From a bacterium (GTDB taxonomy: Bacteria; Patescibacteriota; Minisyncoccia; UBA6257; UBA9933), in the NCBI GenBank assembly GCA_021786355.1, contig JAJYNK010000011.1, positions 1 through 52,322 on the forward strand: a DNA stretch of 52,322 nucleotides, given 5' to 3'. This document shows positions 8,493-17,295 of this stretch, piece by piece (positions within the stretch are counted from its first letter, which is position 1; each line of letters begins with the position of its first letter). The position numbers and the translations under genes were made by a program. The notes under the pieces are model-generated. The model saw only the letters and a program-made list of their open reading frames with translations. It was not told the DNA's origin and ran no database searches.

Positions 8493-8534
8493 AAAAACTC
8501 GTTTATTCTACGATCGTAGAATAAACGAGTTTTT
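8493..8534. promoter_or_regulatory. 42-bp perfect palindrome with ACGATCGT core, downstream flank of cassette A (also terminator-like)
   Basis: AAAAACTCGTTTATTCTACGA|TCGTAGAATAAACGAGTTTTT. Each half is the exact reverse complement of the other, and the A5/T5 flanks give bidirectional terminator geometry. Confidence 0.75.
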
Positions 8535-8550
8535 GAATTAAGTTATTTTT

Positions 8551-8579
8551 TTGAAAAAAGAGTTAATTAGAATTATACT
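8551..8579 (+). promoter_or_regulatory. sigma70-like promoter, probably giving a leaderless transcript for the 8586 gene
   Basis: TTGAAA (8551-8556), a 17-nt spacer, TATACT (8574-8579), then 6 nt to the ATG at 8586. Confidence 0.45.
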
Positions 8580-8585
8580 ACTCCT

Positions 8586-9914
8586 ATGAAATTCATTGCC
8601 GACTTTCATATTCACTCCAAATACTCCCGAGCCACCAGCAAAGATATGGTTTTGGAAGAGCTTGACCGCTGGGCGGATGACAAAGGAATTTTAGTAATGG
8701 GAACCGGTGACTTTACACATCCTGTCTGGTTTAACGAAATTAAAACCAAACTCGATCCCGCCGAGGCGGGGCTCTATAAATTAAAAAAAGAACTGAAACT
8801 TCCCACCATAAAAGAAACTTTCAGCGATACGCGTTTTATTTTAACCGCGGAAATTTCCGGAATTTACAGCCGCGGGGGGAAAACAAGAAGAATACATAAT
8901 ATACTTTTTTCTCCAAGTATCGAGGTTGTAGAGAAAATTAACAGCGCGCTTGGAGCGATCGGAAATTTAAAATCCGACGGCCGGCCGATTTTGGGCCTGG
9001 ATAGCGAAAAGCTGGCGGAAATTGTTTTTAATATAGACGAAAATATCGTTATTATTCCGGCTCACGCTTGGACTCCGTGGTTTTCAATTTTCGGTTCGAT
9101 GTCAGGGTTTGATTCCATCGAAGAATGCTTCGGTAAATACGCAGATAAAATTTTTGCCATAGAAACCGGGCTTTCAAGCGACCCGGCGATGAATTGGCGG
9201 TTGTCTAAGCTAGACAAAATTGCTTTGATTTCTAATTCCGATTCGCACTCTTTGCAGAAAATTGGCAGAGAGGCGAATATATTGGATACGGAACTTTCTT
9301 ACGAGGGGGTTGTAAAGGCGATTAAAAATGGAGCTCCCGCTAACCGGAAACAAACATCCGATAATAAACAACAAAATTTTGTTGCCACGTTGGAATTTTT
9401 TCCCGAAGAAGGAAAATACCACTATGACGGCCACCGTGTTTGCGGAGTCGTTTTTTCTCCGGACGAAACAAAAAAACACAACGGAATTTGTCCGGTATGC
9501 AAACGGCCGCTTACGGTGGGGGTTGTTTATAGAGTTGATCAACTTGCGGACGCGAAACCGGAAGTTATAAATGAAGGCAATTACCATTATTTTGACAATC
9601 GCGTTCCTTATTATAATCTCGTGTCTTTGGATGAGATTATCAGCGAGGCTTTTGGCGTGGGAACGGCTTCCAAAAAAGTTAAAGAAGCCTACTTGGATTT
9701 GATAAAAAAATTCGGCTCGGAATTGAAAATTCTTTTGGAAACGAGCGTTGAGGAATTAAAAAAATCTATCGACCCAATGATTGTCGAAGGCATTAAACGG
9801 GCGCGTGAAGGAAAAATTAAAATCCGGCCCGGCTATGACGGTGAGTACGGCGAAGTAAAAATATTTAATGACGGCGAAAGAGAAAAAATGAAAACCCAGC
9901 AGGCATTGTTTTAA
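8586..9914 (+). CDS. PHP-domain endonuclease Q-like protein
   Basis: An N-terminal PHP motif (FIADFHIHSKYSRATS), further His/Asp motifs (PAHAWTPWF, SNSDSHS) and a Cys cluster (CGVVFSP…CPVCKRPLTVGV), as in the EndoQ family. Confidence 0.7.
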   Translation: MKFIADFHIHSKYSRATSKDMVLEELDRWADDKGILVMGTGDFTHPVWFNEIKTKLDPAEAGLYKLKKELKLPTIKETFSDTRFILTAEISGIYSRGGKTRRIHNILFSPSIEVVEKINSALGAIGNLKSDGRPILGLDSEKLAEIVFNIDENIVIIPAHAWTPWFSIFGSMSGFDSIEECFGKYADKIFAIETGLSSDPAMNWRLSKLDKIALISNSDSHSLQKIGREANILDTELSYEGVVKAIKNGAPANRKQTSDNKQQNFVATLEFFPEEGKYHYDGHRVCGVVFSPDETKKHNGICPVCKRPLTVGVVYRVDQLADAKPEVINEGNYHYFDNRVPYYNLVSLDEIISEAFGVGTASKKVKEAYLDLIKKFGSELKILLETSVEELKKSIDPMIVEGIKRAREGKIKIRPGYDGEYGEVKIFNDGEREKMKTQQALF

Positions 9915-10005
9915 AATAGTTAACTGGCAAATTGGCTGATTTGTTGATTGGTTAATCGGCTTAGTGTAAGCTCAAAGTTAACTATTCAACTAATTAATTC
10001 TAATA

Positions 10006-10629
10006 ATGAACGACCCCACTATTTTTATTTTTCAATTAATAACGCTTATTGCTTCGGTAATAATCCATGAAGTTTCTCATGGCTTTGTTGCGTATCGGTT
10101 GGGCGATTCAACGGCTAAAGATATGGGCCGGCTGACTTTGAATCCTTTTAAACATTTGGATTTTTTCGGTTCGTTTCTTTTTCCCCTGGTTTTGTTTTTG
10201 TTCGGCAGTCCTATTCTATTTGGTTGGGCCAAGCCGGTTCCTTATAATCCGTATAATTTAAAAAATCCGCAAAGAGGCGGAGGGTTAATAGCTGCTGCCG
10301 GGCCTTTAAGCAATCTGTCTGTGGCGGTTATTTTTGGATTTATTTTAAAAATTTTTTCAATGAGCGGCATAGTTGATTCGCCCCTTTTTTTATTTTTGCA
10401 GATAATTATTTTAATAAATATTTCTCTTGCAATTTTTAATCTTGTTCCAATTCCGCCGCTCGACGGATCAAAAATTTTATTCGCTTTTCTTCCCCCGCGT
10501 TTTTTAAAAGCTCAAATTTTCTTGGAGCAATACGGTTTCATGTTTCTGCTTTTATTTATTTTTTTCGGAATCAGACTGATTCAGCCGATTATTTCCAAAA
10601 TATTTATGTTTTTAGGCGGCGGCCTTTAA
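10006..10629 (+). CDS. site-2 protease family (peptidase M50) membrane metalloprotease
   Basis: An HEVSH zinc motif in TM1, a later NLVPIPPLDG motif, and a polytopic architecture. Confidence 0.8.
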   Translation: MNDPTIFIFQLITLIASVIIHEVSHGFVAYRLGDSTAKDMGRLTLNPFKHLDFFGSFLFPLVLFLFGSPILFGWAKPVPYNPYNLKNPQRGGGLIAAAGPLSNLSVAVIFGFILKIFSMSGIVDSPLFLFLQIIILINISLAIFNLVPIPPLDGSKILFAFLPPRFLKAQIFLEQYGFMFLLLFIFFGIRLIQPIISKIFMFLGGGL

Positions 10630-10634
10630 TTTAC

Positions 10635-11105
10635 ATGCCTAGTACCGTAAATAAAACAAATAAAATTGCAGTTTCCGACGTTGGTAAAAAATTCAAAAAA
10701 TACGAAAGCTTAATAAAAAAACAAGCCGTAAAAATAGTCAACGTTTTGAAAATTAAAAATTCGGCAATCGATATTTTTTTAACGAGCAACGGTCAAATAC
10801 GTTTGATTAATAAAAAATTTCGCGGCAAAAATAAGCCGACTAATATTTTAAGTTTTGTTGAGCCGAAAAATTTTCCTCATCCAGAGCTTAAAATTAGAAA
10901 AAACTCAAAGAAAATTTTTATCGGGGAAATTTATTTGAATATCGACAAAGTTAAAGAATTCACAGGTTCAAAAGAGCACCTTAAACTGAACGAACTTTTG
11001 ACCCATGGCCTGCTTCATCTTCTGGGCTATATCCACAATACGAAAAATGATAGAATAAAAATGGAAAAGAAGGAAAAATGGTTAATTGGCAAACTAGATA
11101 ATTAG
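10635..11105 (+). CDS. ybeY: rRNA maturation endoribonuclease YbeY
   Basis: C-terminal HGLLHLLGYIH metal-binding motif. At 156 aa the size is appropriate. Confidence 0.8.
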   Translation: MPSTVNKTNKIAVSDVGKKFKKYESLIKKQAVKIVNVLKIKNSAIDIFLTSNGQIRLINKKFRGKNKPTNILSFVEPKNFPHPELKIRKNSKKIFIGEIYLNIDKVKEFTGSKEHLKLNELLTHGLLHLLGYIHNTKNDRIKMEKKEKWLIGKLDN

Positions 11106-11127
11106 TTAACTGGTTTTGGATAATGAG

Positions 11128-11523
11128 ATGGCGAGCGATTTTAAGGATTTGAAAATTTGGCAGGAAGCTTATCGTTTGTCTCTCGCGGTTTATAAAATAA
11201 CTGCAAAATTTCCCACAGAAGAAAAATTTTCATTGGTTGATCAGCTTCGGCGTTCAAGTATTTCAGTAGCGGCAAACATAGCAGAGTCAGCAGGTAGGTA
11301 TCATGGCAAAGACAAGATAAACCTATTAATTATAGCCAGAGGCTCGATTTGTGAAACAAGAAGCCATTTATTAATCGCATTGGGATTGAAATATTTAAGC
11401 AAAGAAAAATCTGAAGAACTGGAAAATGATTATGAAATTTTATCTAAACAAACAAATTCATTTATCGGATTTTTAAAGAAGCAAAAATCAACCAACCAAC
11501 TAACTAACCAATTAACCAACTAA
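11128..11523 (+). CDS. four-helix-bundle protein (23S rRNA intervening-sequence protein family)
   Basis: DLKIWQEAYRLSLAVYKIT…FSLVDQLRRSSISVAANIAES is typical of this family. The ATG at 11128 is preferred over the TTG at 11116. The C-terminal STNQLTNQLTN is encoded by a tetramer repeat. Confidence 0.75.
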   Translation: MASDFKDLKIWQEAYRLSLAVYKITAKFPTEEKFSLVDQLRRSSISVAANIAESAGRYHGKDKINLLIIARGSICETRSHLLIALGLKYLSKEKSEELENDYEILSKQTNSFIGFLKKQKSTNQLTNQLTN

Positions 11524-11533
11524 CTAATTAACT
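11490..11533 (+). repeat. AAYY tetramer array (11 units) spanning a CDS 3' end, its stop codon and the spacer
   Basis: AACC AACC AACT AACT AACC AATT AACC AACT AACT AATT AACT. Confidence 0.85.
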
Positions 11534-11540
11534 AGTTTCC

Positions 11541-12749
11541 ATGTATTTAACGGCTGTTGATTTAGGTTCGTCCCAAATAAAGGCTTTGGTAACGGTTTTG
11601 GATAAAGAAAATCGACTGACTTTGGTCGAGGTTTTTAAACTGCCTTCTCGAGGCATGCGCAAGGGCGAAATAGCCGATTTTAACGAGGCCTTGAAAGCCG
11701 TAAGCTCTCTTTTTATAGAAATAAGAAAAATCAGCAAAGGCGCATTGAAGAATATTTTTGTTAACGTCGGCGGGAAAAACGTCCGTTTGCAGGGGTCCCG
11801 CGGTATTGTGGCGGTTTCTCGCGCGGACAACGAAATATATCAGGAAGATATAGACAGGGTTATTAAAGCCTCGCAAGCTATAAACCTTTCCGACAACAGG
11901 ATGATTCTTCACACCGTTGTTTCCGAGTTTATAGTTAATGGAATGGATCAAATTCAAAATCCAATTGGTATGGTGGGCAATCGTTTGGAGGTTAATAGTT
12001 TGATTGTCGATGCTTTTTCTCCGATTGTTAACGACGTAAATAATTGTGTTGACTCGGCCGGCGGCAGTGTCGGCGGTTTGGTTTTTAATCCGCTTGCCTC
12101 AAGTCGCGCGGTTTTAAATAAAGTTCATCGGGAATTGGGAGTGGCGATGATCGATATCGGTTTTGGAACCACCAGTTTGGCGGTTTTCGAAGAAGACAAG
12201 CTTATTCAGGCGAAAGTGTTTCCAGTTGGCGCCGGCAACATCACTAATGATCTCGCCATTCAATTAAAATCTTCGATAGACGTCGCGGAAAAAATAAAAA
12301 TTTCTTTCGGCCACGCCGAAGCCAGCGAAGTTTCTTCGAAAGACAAGATTGATTTGTCGGAGCTTGATCCTGATTTGAAATCGGAAATTTCCAGAAGATA
12401 TATTTCCGAGATAATCGAAGCCCGACTTGCCGAGATATTTGAAATGGTCAATAATGAACTGAAATCCATAGGGAAAACGAAGTTGCCGGCCGGAATTATT
12501 CTTTGCGGCGGCGGATCGAAAATCCCCGGCATTATTGATTTGGCAAGACATGAGCTGAAATTACCGGTTCATTTTGGCGTTTTGGATCAAAGTAATTTTA
12601 GCGCGGCCAGCGCCGATCTGATTTCAAGAATTGAAGACCCGGAATTTTCGCTTGCAGCGGGACTTATTTTGTGGGGTTACGATCAAATCGCCAAAGAAGA
12701 AACTAAAAAAGGAAAAGTTGCCAAACTATTAAAATATTTTTTGCCGTAA
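11541..12749 (+). CDS. ftsA: cell division protein FtsA
   Basis: Actin-fold motifs (AVDLGSSQIKALV, DIGFGTTSLAVF, LCGGGSKIPGI), directly upstream of ftsZ. Confidence 0.9.
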   Translation: MYLTAVDLGSSQIKALVTVLDKENRLTLVEVFKLPSRGMRKGEIADFNEALKAVSSLFIEIRKISKGALKNIFVNVGGKNVRLQGSRGIVAVSRADNEIYQEDIDRVIKASQAINLSDNRMILHTVVSEFIVNGMDQIQNPIGMVGNRLEVNSLIVDAFSPIVNDVNNCVDSAGGSVGGLVFNPLASSRAVLNKVHRELGVAMIDIGFGTTSLAVFEEDKLIQAKVFPVGAGNITNDLAIQLKSSIDVAEKIKISFGHAEASEVSSKDKIDLSELDPDLKSEISRRYISEIIEARLAEIFEMVNNELKSIGKTKLPAGIILCGGGSKIPGIIDLARHELKLPVHFGVLDQSNFSAASADLISRIEDPEFSLAAGLILWGYDQIAKEETKKGKVAKLLKYFLP

Positions 12750-12750
12750 A

Positions 12751-13917
12751 ATGCCTAAATCAAAAACACAACATTTAGCAAGAATAAAAGTTTTAGGCGT
12801 AGGCGGCGGCGGCTCCAATGCTATTACCAGAATGTATGATAATTTTCCCCGGAGCATCGAACTTATTGCTATAAATACCGACATTCAGGACCTTGAGCAT
12901 TGCGAGGCAAAAAAGAAAATATGCATAGGTAAAAATTTAACTAAGGGACTCGGCACGGGTATGAATCCGGACCTAGGCCGTCAAGCGGCCGAAGAAAGCC
13001 GTTCTGAAATAGCCGAAGTTTTAAGAGACGCGGATCTGGTTTTTTTGACAGCCGGGCTTGGAGGAGGAACAGGGACTGGCGCAATGCCGGTTGTTGCGGA
13101 AATAGCTCGGGAAATGGAAATTTTAACTATTGCCATTGTTACCAAGCCCTTTGGCTTTGAAGGGGGGCAAAGAAACCGGATTGCCGAGGAAGGCTTAATA
13201 AAATTAAGAGACCGCGTTGATACTCTTATAACGGTGCCTAATGACAAAATTTTTTCCGTTATCGGCAAAGATACGACTTTAATTAAGGCTTTCGAAGAGA
13301 TAGACAGCGTTTTAAAGGAATCGGTTAGCGGCATAACCGAGCTTATTTTAAGCGCGGGAATCATAAATGTTGATTTTGCCGACATAAAAGCCATCACCCG
13401 CGATGCCGGAACGGCTATGATAGGGATAGGCATTGCTTCTGGCAACGAAAGATCCAAAAAAGCCGCTGATATGGCTATAAATTCACCGCTTTTGGAGATA
13501 TCCATCGACGGAGCCAAAGGGGTATTGTTCAGTATTTCCGGTCAAAGGGACTTAAAAATGTCTGAAGTTAATGAAATTGCCAAAATTGTCGCTGAAAACG
13601 CAGATCCTTCGGCCAAAATAATTTTTGGCGCTTACCACGATCGCAAACTTGCCAAGGGTCAAATAAAAGTGACGTTGATTGCAACCGGTTTTAGTAATAT
13701 ACTTACAAAAGAAAATCGTTTTTCGTCATCGCTTTTTGTTTCGTCTCCCGAGTTTGCTTCTCAAAGCGCCCACTTGCCGTTTGTTGGCATTACGGAAAGT
13801 TCCGCGCTTGAAACAAGCTCCGAAAAACCGAATTTAAAAAATTCGGACAAGAAAAAAAACATTGAAGACGAATCAAAACTGGAAATTCCCGCATTTTTAA
13901 GAAGAAAACGTCGATAA
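12751..13917 (+). CDS. ftsZ: cell division GTPase FtsZ
   Basis: The tubulin signature GGGTGTG, the motif NTD, and a C-terminal IPAFLRR peptide. Confidence 0.97.
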   Translation: MPKSKTQHLARIKVLGVGGGGSNAITRMYDNFPRSIELIAINTDIQDLEHCEAKKKICIGKNLTKGLGTGMNPDLGRQAAEESRSEIAEVLRDADLVFLTAGLGGGTGTGAMPVVAEIAREMEILTIAIVTKPFGFEGGQRNRIAEEGLIKLRDRVDTLITVPNDKIFSVIGKDTTLIKAFEEIDSVLKESVSGITELILSAGIINVDFADIKAITRDAGTAMIGIGIASGNERSKKAADMAINSPLLEISIDGAKGVLFSISGQRDLKMSEVNEIAKIVAENADPSAKIIFGAYHDRKLAKGQIKVTLIATGFSNILTKENRFSSSLFVSSPEFASQSAHLPFVGITESSALETSSEKPNLKNSDKKKNIEDESKLEIPAFLRRKRR

Positions 13918-14020
13918 CCGATACTTTCACGAATCAGCACAAATTTGGGTACGAATATCACGAATTGATTAGTGTTGTTCGCGCTTTTATTTGTGGATAT
14001 TGGTGATTGTATTAACAATC

Positions 14021-16630
14021 ATGTTCAAAAAACTTCAAAAAAGAAATGGACAAGTCGTGCCTTTCAAGGCGGAAAAAATCATAAACGCCATTTATAAGGC
14101 GTCTTTGGCGGTCGGTGAAGCGAATTGGCAAACAGCGGAGGTTTTAGCGAAAGAAGTTGTTAATAAATTAACAAAAAAAATCAAAAAAAATTCTCTGCCG
14201 ACCGTTGAAGAAGTCCAAGACACCGTCGAGCAGGTTTTAATCGAAACCGCCCACGCGAAAATCGCCAAAGCCTATATATTGTATCGTCAACACCGCGCCG
14301 AAATCCGTTTAGAAAAGCAACAGGTTTTAAACAAAAGCGAAATAGACGAAGTTGATAAAAAATTCGACCTTAATGCTCTAAGAGTTTTAGCCAGCAGATA
14401 TTTAAGAAAAAACGAAGACGGTTCTATTTTTGAAATTCCAAAGCAACTTTTTCAAAGAGTCGCGGTTCATACGACCATTCCCTCTCTTTTTTACGACGTC
14501 AAAGTTTATCAAAAACGGGGCGGCGCATCCGAGCACCGTTTGGAAGAATTTGATTTTATAAAAAATGAAGATAAATATTCCATCGGCAAATACAAGCTTA
14601 ACCGTTTTCATCTCGACGGTTTGTACAGAATGTACAAAAGATTTGACAGGGACAGAAAGATAACAATTTCTTGGCAAGGATTTTTGGATTTATTCAAAAA
14701 AGGATATTTCGATAAATACGAAGAGGAAATCGAAAAGTACTACAACTTGATGGTGAACCGCCGATTTTTGCCGAACACTCCGGCAATCGCCAACTTCGGA
14801 AATATTTTAGGCCAAGGTTCGGCCTGTTTTACTTTGGGAGTGGAGGATTCCATCGACAAAATAATGGATTCTTTGAAAGCGGCGGCGATTATTTTTAAAT
14901 CAGGCGGCGGCTGCGGATATAATTTTTCTAAACTTAGGCCGGAAGGAGATTTCGTCAAGAGTTCGGGAGGCACCGCCTCGGGGCCGATGAGCTTTATGTC
15001 GATGTTCGACAATATGACCGACGTCATAAAACAAGGGGGTATCAGGCGAGGCGCCAATATGGGTATTTTGAATTCAGATCATCCCGATATCGAAAAATTC
15101 GTCCACGCCAAAGAAGGCAACAAGGCTCTTAAAAATTTCAACATCTCGGTGATGTTAAAAGGGGAATTTTGGAAGTGTTTGGAAGAAAAAAAGCCTTATC
15201 CCTTGGTTAATCCCAGAAGCGGAAAAGTGGTGGCGGAAATTGAACCACAGGGTCTTTTAGACGCGATCGCTTATCAGGCTTGGGAATCGGCAGAGCCCGG
15301 AGTTTTGTTCCACGACCGCATCAATGAATATAATCCGTATCTAAAAGGAATTGGGCCTATTGAGGCCACTAACCCGTGCGGGGAGGTTATTCTTTATCCA
15401 AACGAAAGCTGTAATTTGGGTTCTTTAAATGTTTGGAGTTATTTCAAAAGAAACGGCGGGAAAAAACCCTATTTTGATTGGCAAGCTTTTGAGGCCGATA
15501 TAAAAATCGCCACCCGTTTTCTTGACAACGTGGTTGACATTAATAAATATCCCTTGCCTGAAATTGAAGAAATGACTTTAGACACCAGAAAATTGGGATT
15601 GGGACTTATGGGGCTGGGAGATCTTTTGTATGAATTGGAAATTCCTTACGATTCCAAAGAGGGAATTTCTTTTATGGAAAAAATAATGGAATTTATAAAT
15701 TACCATTCCAAAGTCGCTTCGGTCCAATTAGCCAAAGAGCGCGGCAGAATGCCTTCGTTTGACAAATCTTTTTATAAAGAAGGCAAACTTCCATTTTCGG
15801 CATTTAAAGACAAAGACTCTTGGAGTTTCGATTGGAAAGCCCTTGCTTCAAAAATAAAAAAGGACGGGATTAGAAACGGCTTTACGACCGTCATAGCGCC
15901 GACCGGTTCTATTTCAATGATTGCCGGATGTTCTTCGGGGATCGAACCGGTTTTTAGTTTGGTTTTTGAAAAAAACGTGGCCATCGGAAGTTTTTATTAC
16001 ATAGATCCGGTTTTTGAAGAAAGAATGCAAAAAGAAGGTTTGATGGATGAAGCTCTTATAAAAGACGTGGCAGCCATGACCGGCAGCGTCAAAAATATAA
16101 ATTATATTACGCCGAAGCTTAAAAAAATATTCGTTACCGCTATGGATATTTCTCCCAGAGATCACGTTAAAGTTTTGGCGGCTTTCCAAAAATGGACCGA
16201 TTCTTCAATTTCTAAAACGACAAATCTTCCCGCCGAAGCCACCTTTGAAGACATCAAAGATATTTATATTTTCGCGCATGATTTAGGCTGTAAGGGAGTG
16301 ACTGTTTATCGCGACAAATCTCTAAAGACTCAAGTGCTGACCGGCACCATTAAAAAATACGAAAAGAAGCATGACAAAAAAGAAACAAAAGACAGCGAAC
16401 TTGTCGCGATAAAAGACGAAAAAGCCAAAGGCTTGGCGGTTTATCACAAAGCCGGAACAATTTTAGGTATGTCCAGTTTGGGGCTTTCTCCGGCGCCCGA
16501 TAACGGCAATAATGATTCTTCTTCGAATTCGAACAACCAGCTTAAAAATTGTCCGTCTTGCAAAACTCCTTTGGCAAGGCAAGAGGGGTGTTTAAAATGT
16601 CCGAGCTGCGGTTGGGGATTGTGCGCTTAA
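14021..16630 (+). CDS. nrdJ: class II (adenosylcobalamin-dependent) ribonucleotide reductase with N-terminal ATP-cone
   Basis: An ATP-cone (KRNGQVVPFKAEKIINAI), an active-site region (NPCGEVILYPNESCNLGS) and a C-terminal CxxC…CxxC tail. The ATG at 14021 is preferred over the TTG at 13991. Confidence 0.88.
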   Translation: MFKKLQKRNGQVVPFKAEKIINAIYKASLAVGEANWQTAEVLAKEVVNKLTKKIKKNSLPTVEEVQDTVEQVLIETAHAKIAKAYILYRQHRAEIRLEKQQVLNKSEIDEVDKKFDLNALRVLASRYLRKNEDGSIFEIPKQLFQRVAVHTTIPSLFYDVKVYQKRGGASEHRLEEFDFIKNEDKYSIGKYKLNRFHLDGLYRMYKRFDRDRKITISWQGFLDLFKKGYFDKYEEEIEKYYNLMVNRRFLPNTPAIANFGNILGQGSACFTLGVEDSIDKIMDSLKAAAIIFKSGGGCGYNFSKLRPEGDFVKSSGGTASGPMSFMSMFDNMTDVIKQGGIRRGANMGILNSDHPDIEKFVHAKEGNKALKNFNISVMLKGEFWKCLEEKKPYPLVNPRSGKVVAEIEPQGLLDAIAYQAWESAEPGVLFHDRINEYNPYLKGIGPIEATNPCGEVILYPNESCNLGSLNVWSYFKRNGGKKPYFDWQAFEADIKIATRFLDNVVDINKYPLPEIEEMTLDTRKLGLGLMGLGDLLYELEIPYDSKEGISFMEKIMEFINYHSKVASVQLAKERGRMPSFDKSFYKEGKLPFSAFKDKDSWSFDWKALASKIKKDGIRNGFTTVIAPTGSISMIAGCSSGIEPVFSLVFEKNVAIGSFYYIDPVFEERMQKEGLMDEALIKDVAAMTGSVKNINYITPKLKKIFVTAMDISPRDHVKVLAAFQKWTDSSISKTTNLPAEATFEDIKDIYIFAHDLGCKGVTVYRDKSLKTQVLTGTIKKYEKKHDKKETKDSELVAIKDEKAKGLAVYHKAGTILGMSSLGLSPAPDNGNNDSSSNSNNQLKNCPSCKTPLARQEGCLKCPSCGWGLCA

Positions 16631-16654
16631 TAAAATTAATCTAGTATAAAGCTC

Positions 16655-17293
16655 ATGAAATATCGTTTTTTGATATGGTCTTTGATTGCTTTGGGAATAT
16701 TTGCCGTTGTTTTGGCGATTGTCGGATTTATTACCAGGCCCGTGCCGGCTTCTTCGGACGAACTAGCAATCCCTGTTTCTGATAATGATTGGTATTTAGG
16801 TTCTAAAAACGCCAAAGTAACGCTGGTTGAATACAGCGATTTCGAGTGTCCGGCTTGCAAGGCTTACGCGCCGATTATAACGCTGCTTAATAAGGATTTT
16901 CCCAATGATTTGAAAATAGTTTATCGGCATTTTCCTTTGCCTCAGCATAAAAACGCGCGAGTTGCGGCCCAAGCCGCGGAAGCCGCGGGGAAACAGGGAA
17001 AATTTTGGGAAATGGAAAACCTGATTTTTGAAAAGCAAAACGAATGGGCAGACAATAGTAATGCGGAAGAAAATTTTGTTTCATACGCGACGTCGCTGGG
17101 TTTGAATATCGAAAAATTCAAAAGCGACTTTAATTCGGATTTAACCAAAACAAAAATCGAAAGCGATTATGCAAGCGGCGAAGAATCAAAACTAACCTAC
17201 ACCCCCACCTTTTTCTTGAATTCAAAGAAAATAAGCAATCCTCAAAACTATGAAGAATTCAAGTCGCTAATAGAAACTCGGATAGGAAAATAA
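16655..17293 (+). CDS. DsbA-family thioredoxin-fold oxidoreductase, membrane anchored
   Basis: An N-terminal TM helix and a CPAC active site (EYSDFECPACKAY). Confidence 0.8.
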   Translation: MKYRFLIWSLIALGIFAVVLAIVGFITRPVPASSDELAIPVSDNDWYLGSKNAKVTLVEYSDFECPACKAYAPIITLLNKDFPNDLKIVYRHFPLPQHKNARVAAQAAEAAGKQGKFWEMENLIFEKQNEWADNSNAEENFVSYATSLGLNIEKFKSDFNSDLTKTKIESDYASGEESKLTYTPTFFLNSKKISNPQNYEEFKSLIETRIGK

Positions 17294-17295
17294 AT

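Noticed and set aside
8493-8534. The ACGATCGT palindromes might be nothing more than rho-independent terminators.
   Set aside because: The 8493-8534 copy does have A5/T5 tails and may also terminate transcription. However, the upstream copies lie between a -10 box and the start codon, most lack T-runs, all share the same central octamer, and the arms match within but not between loci. Pure terminators would not be expected to show this pattern.
12981-13517. Long antisense ORFs inside conserved genes: 12981-13517(-) in ftsZ, 25509-25973(-) in mnmA, 39096-39734(+) and 40248-40811(+) in ADP-ACS, 47327-47767(+), 48460-48960(+), and 28735-29328(+) in gatA.
   Set aside because: Each lies fully within a strongly supported CDS on the other strand and has a low-complexity or atypical composition. 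They are shadow ORFs.
13918-14020. Possible NrdR boxes upstream of the RNR gene (CACGAAT repeats, CAC-N10-GTG at about 13961-13976).
   Set aside because: The spacing and sequence do not fit the 16-bp NrdR-box consensus as I remember it (acaCwAtATaTwGtgt), and no tandem pair at the expected phasing is present. The evidence is too weak to report.
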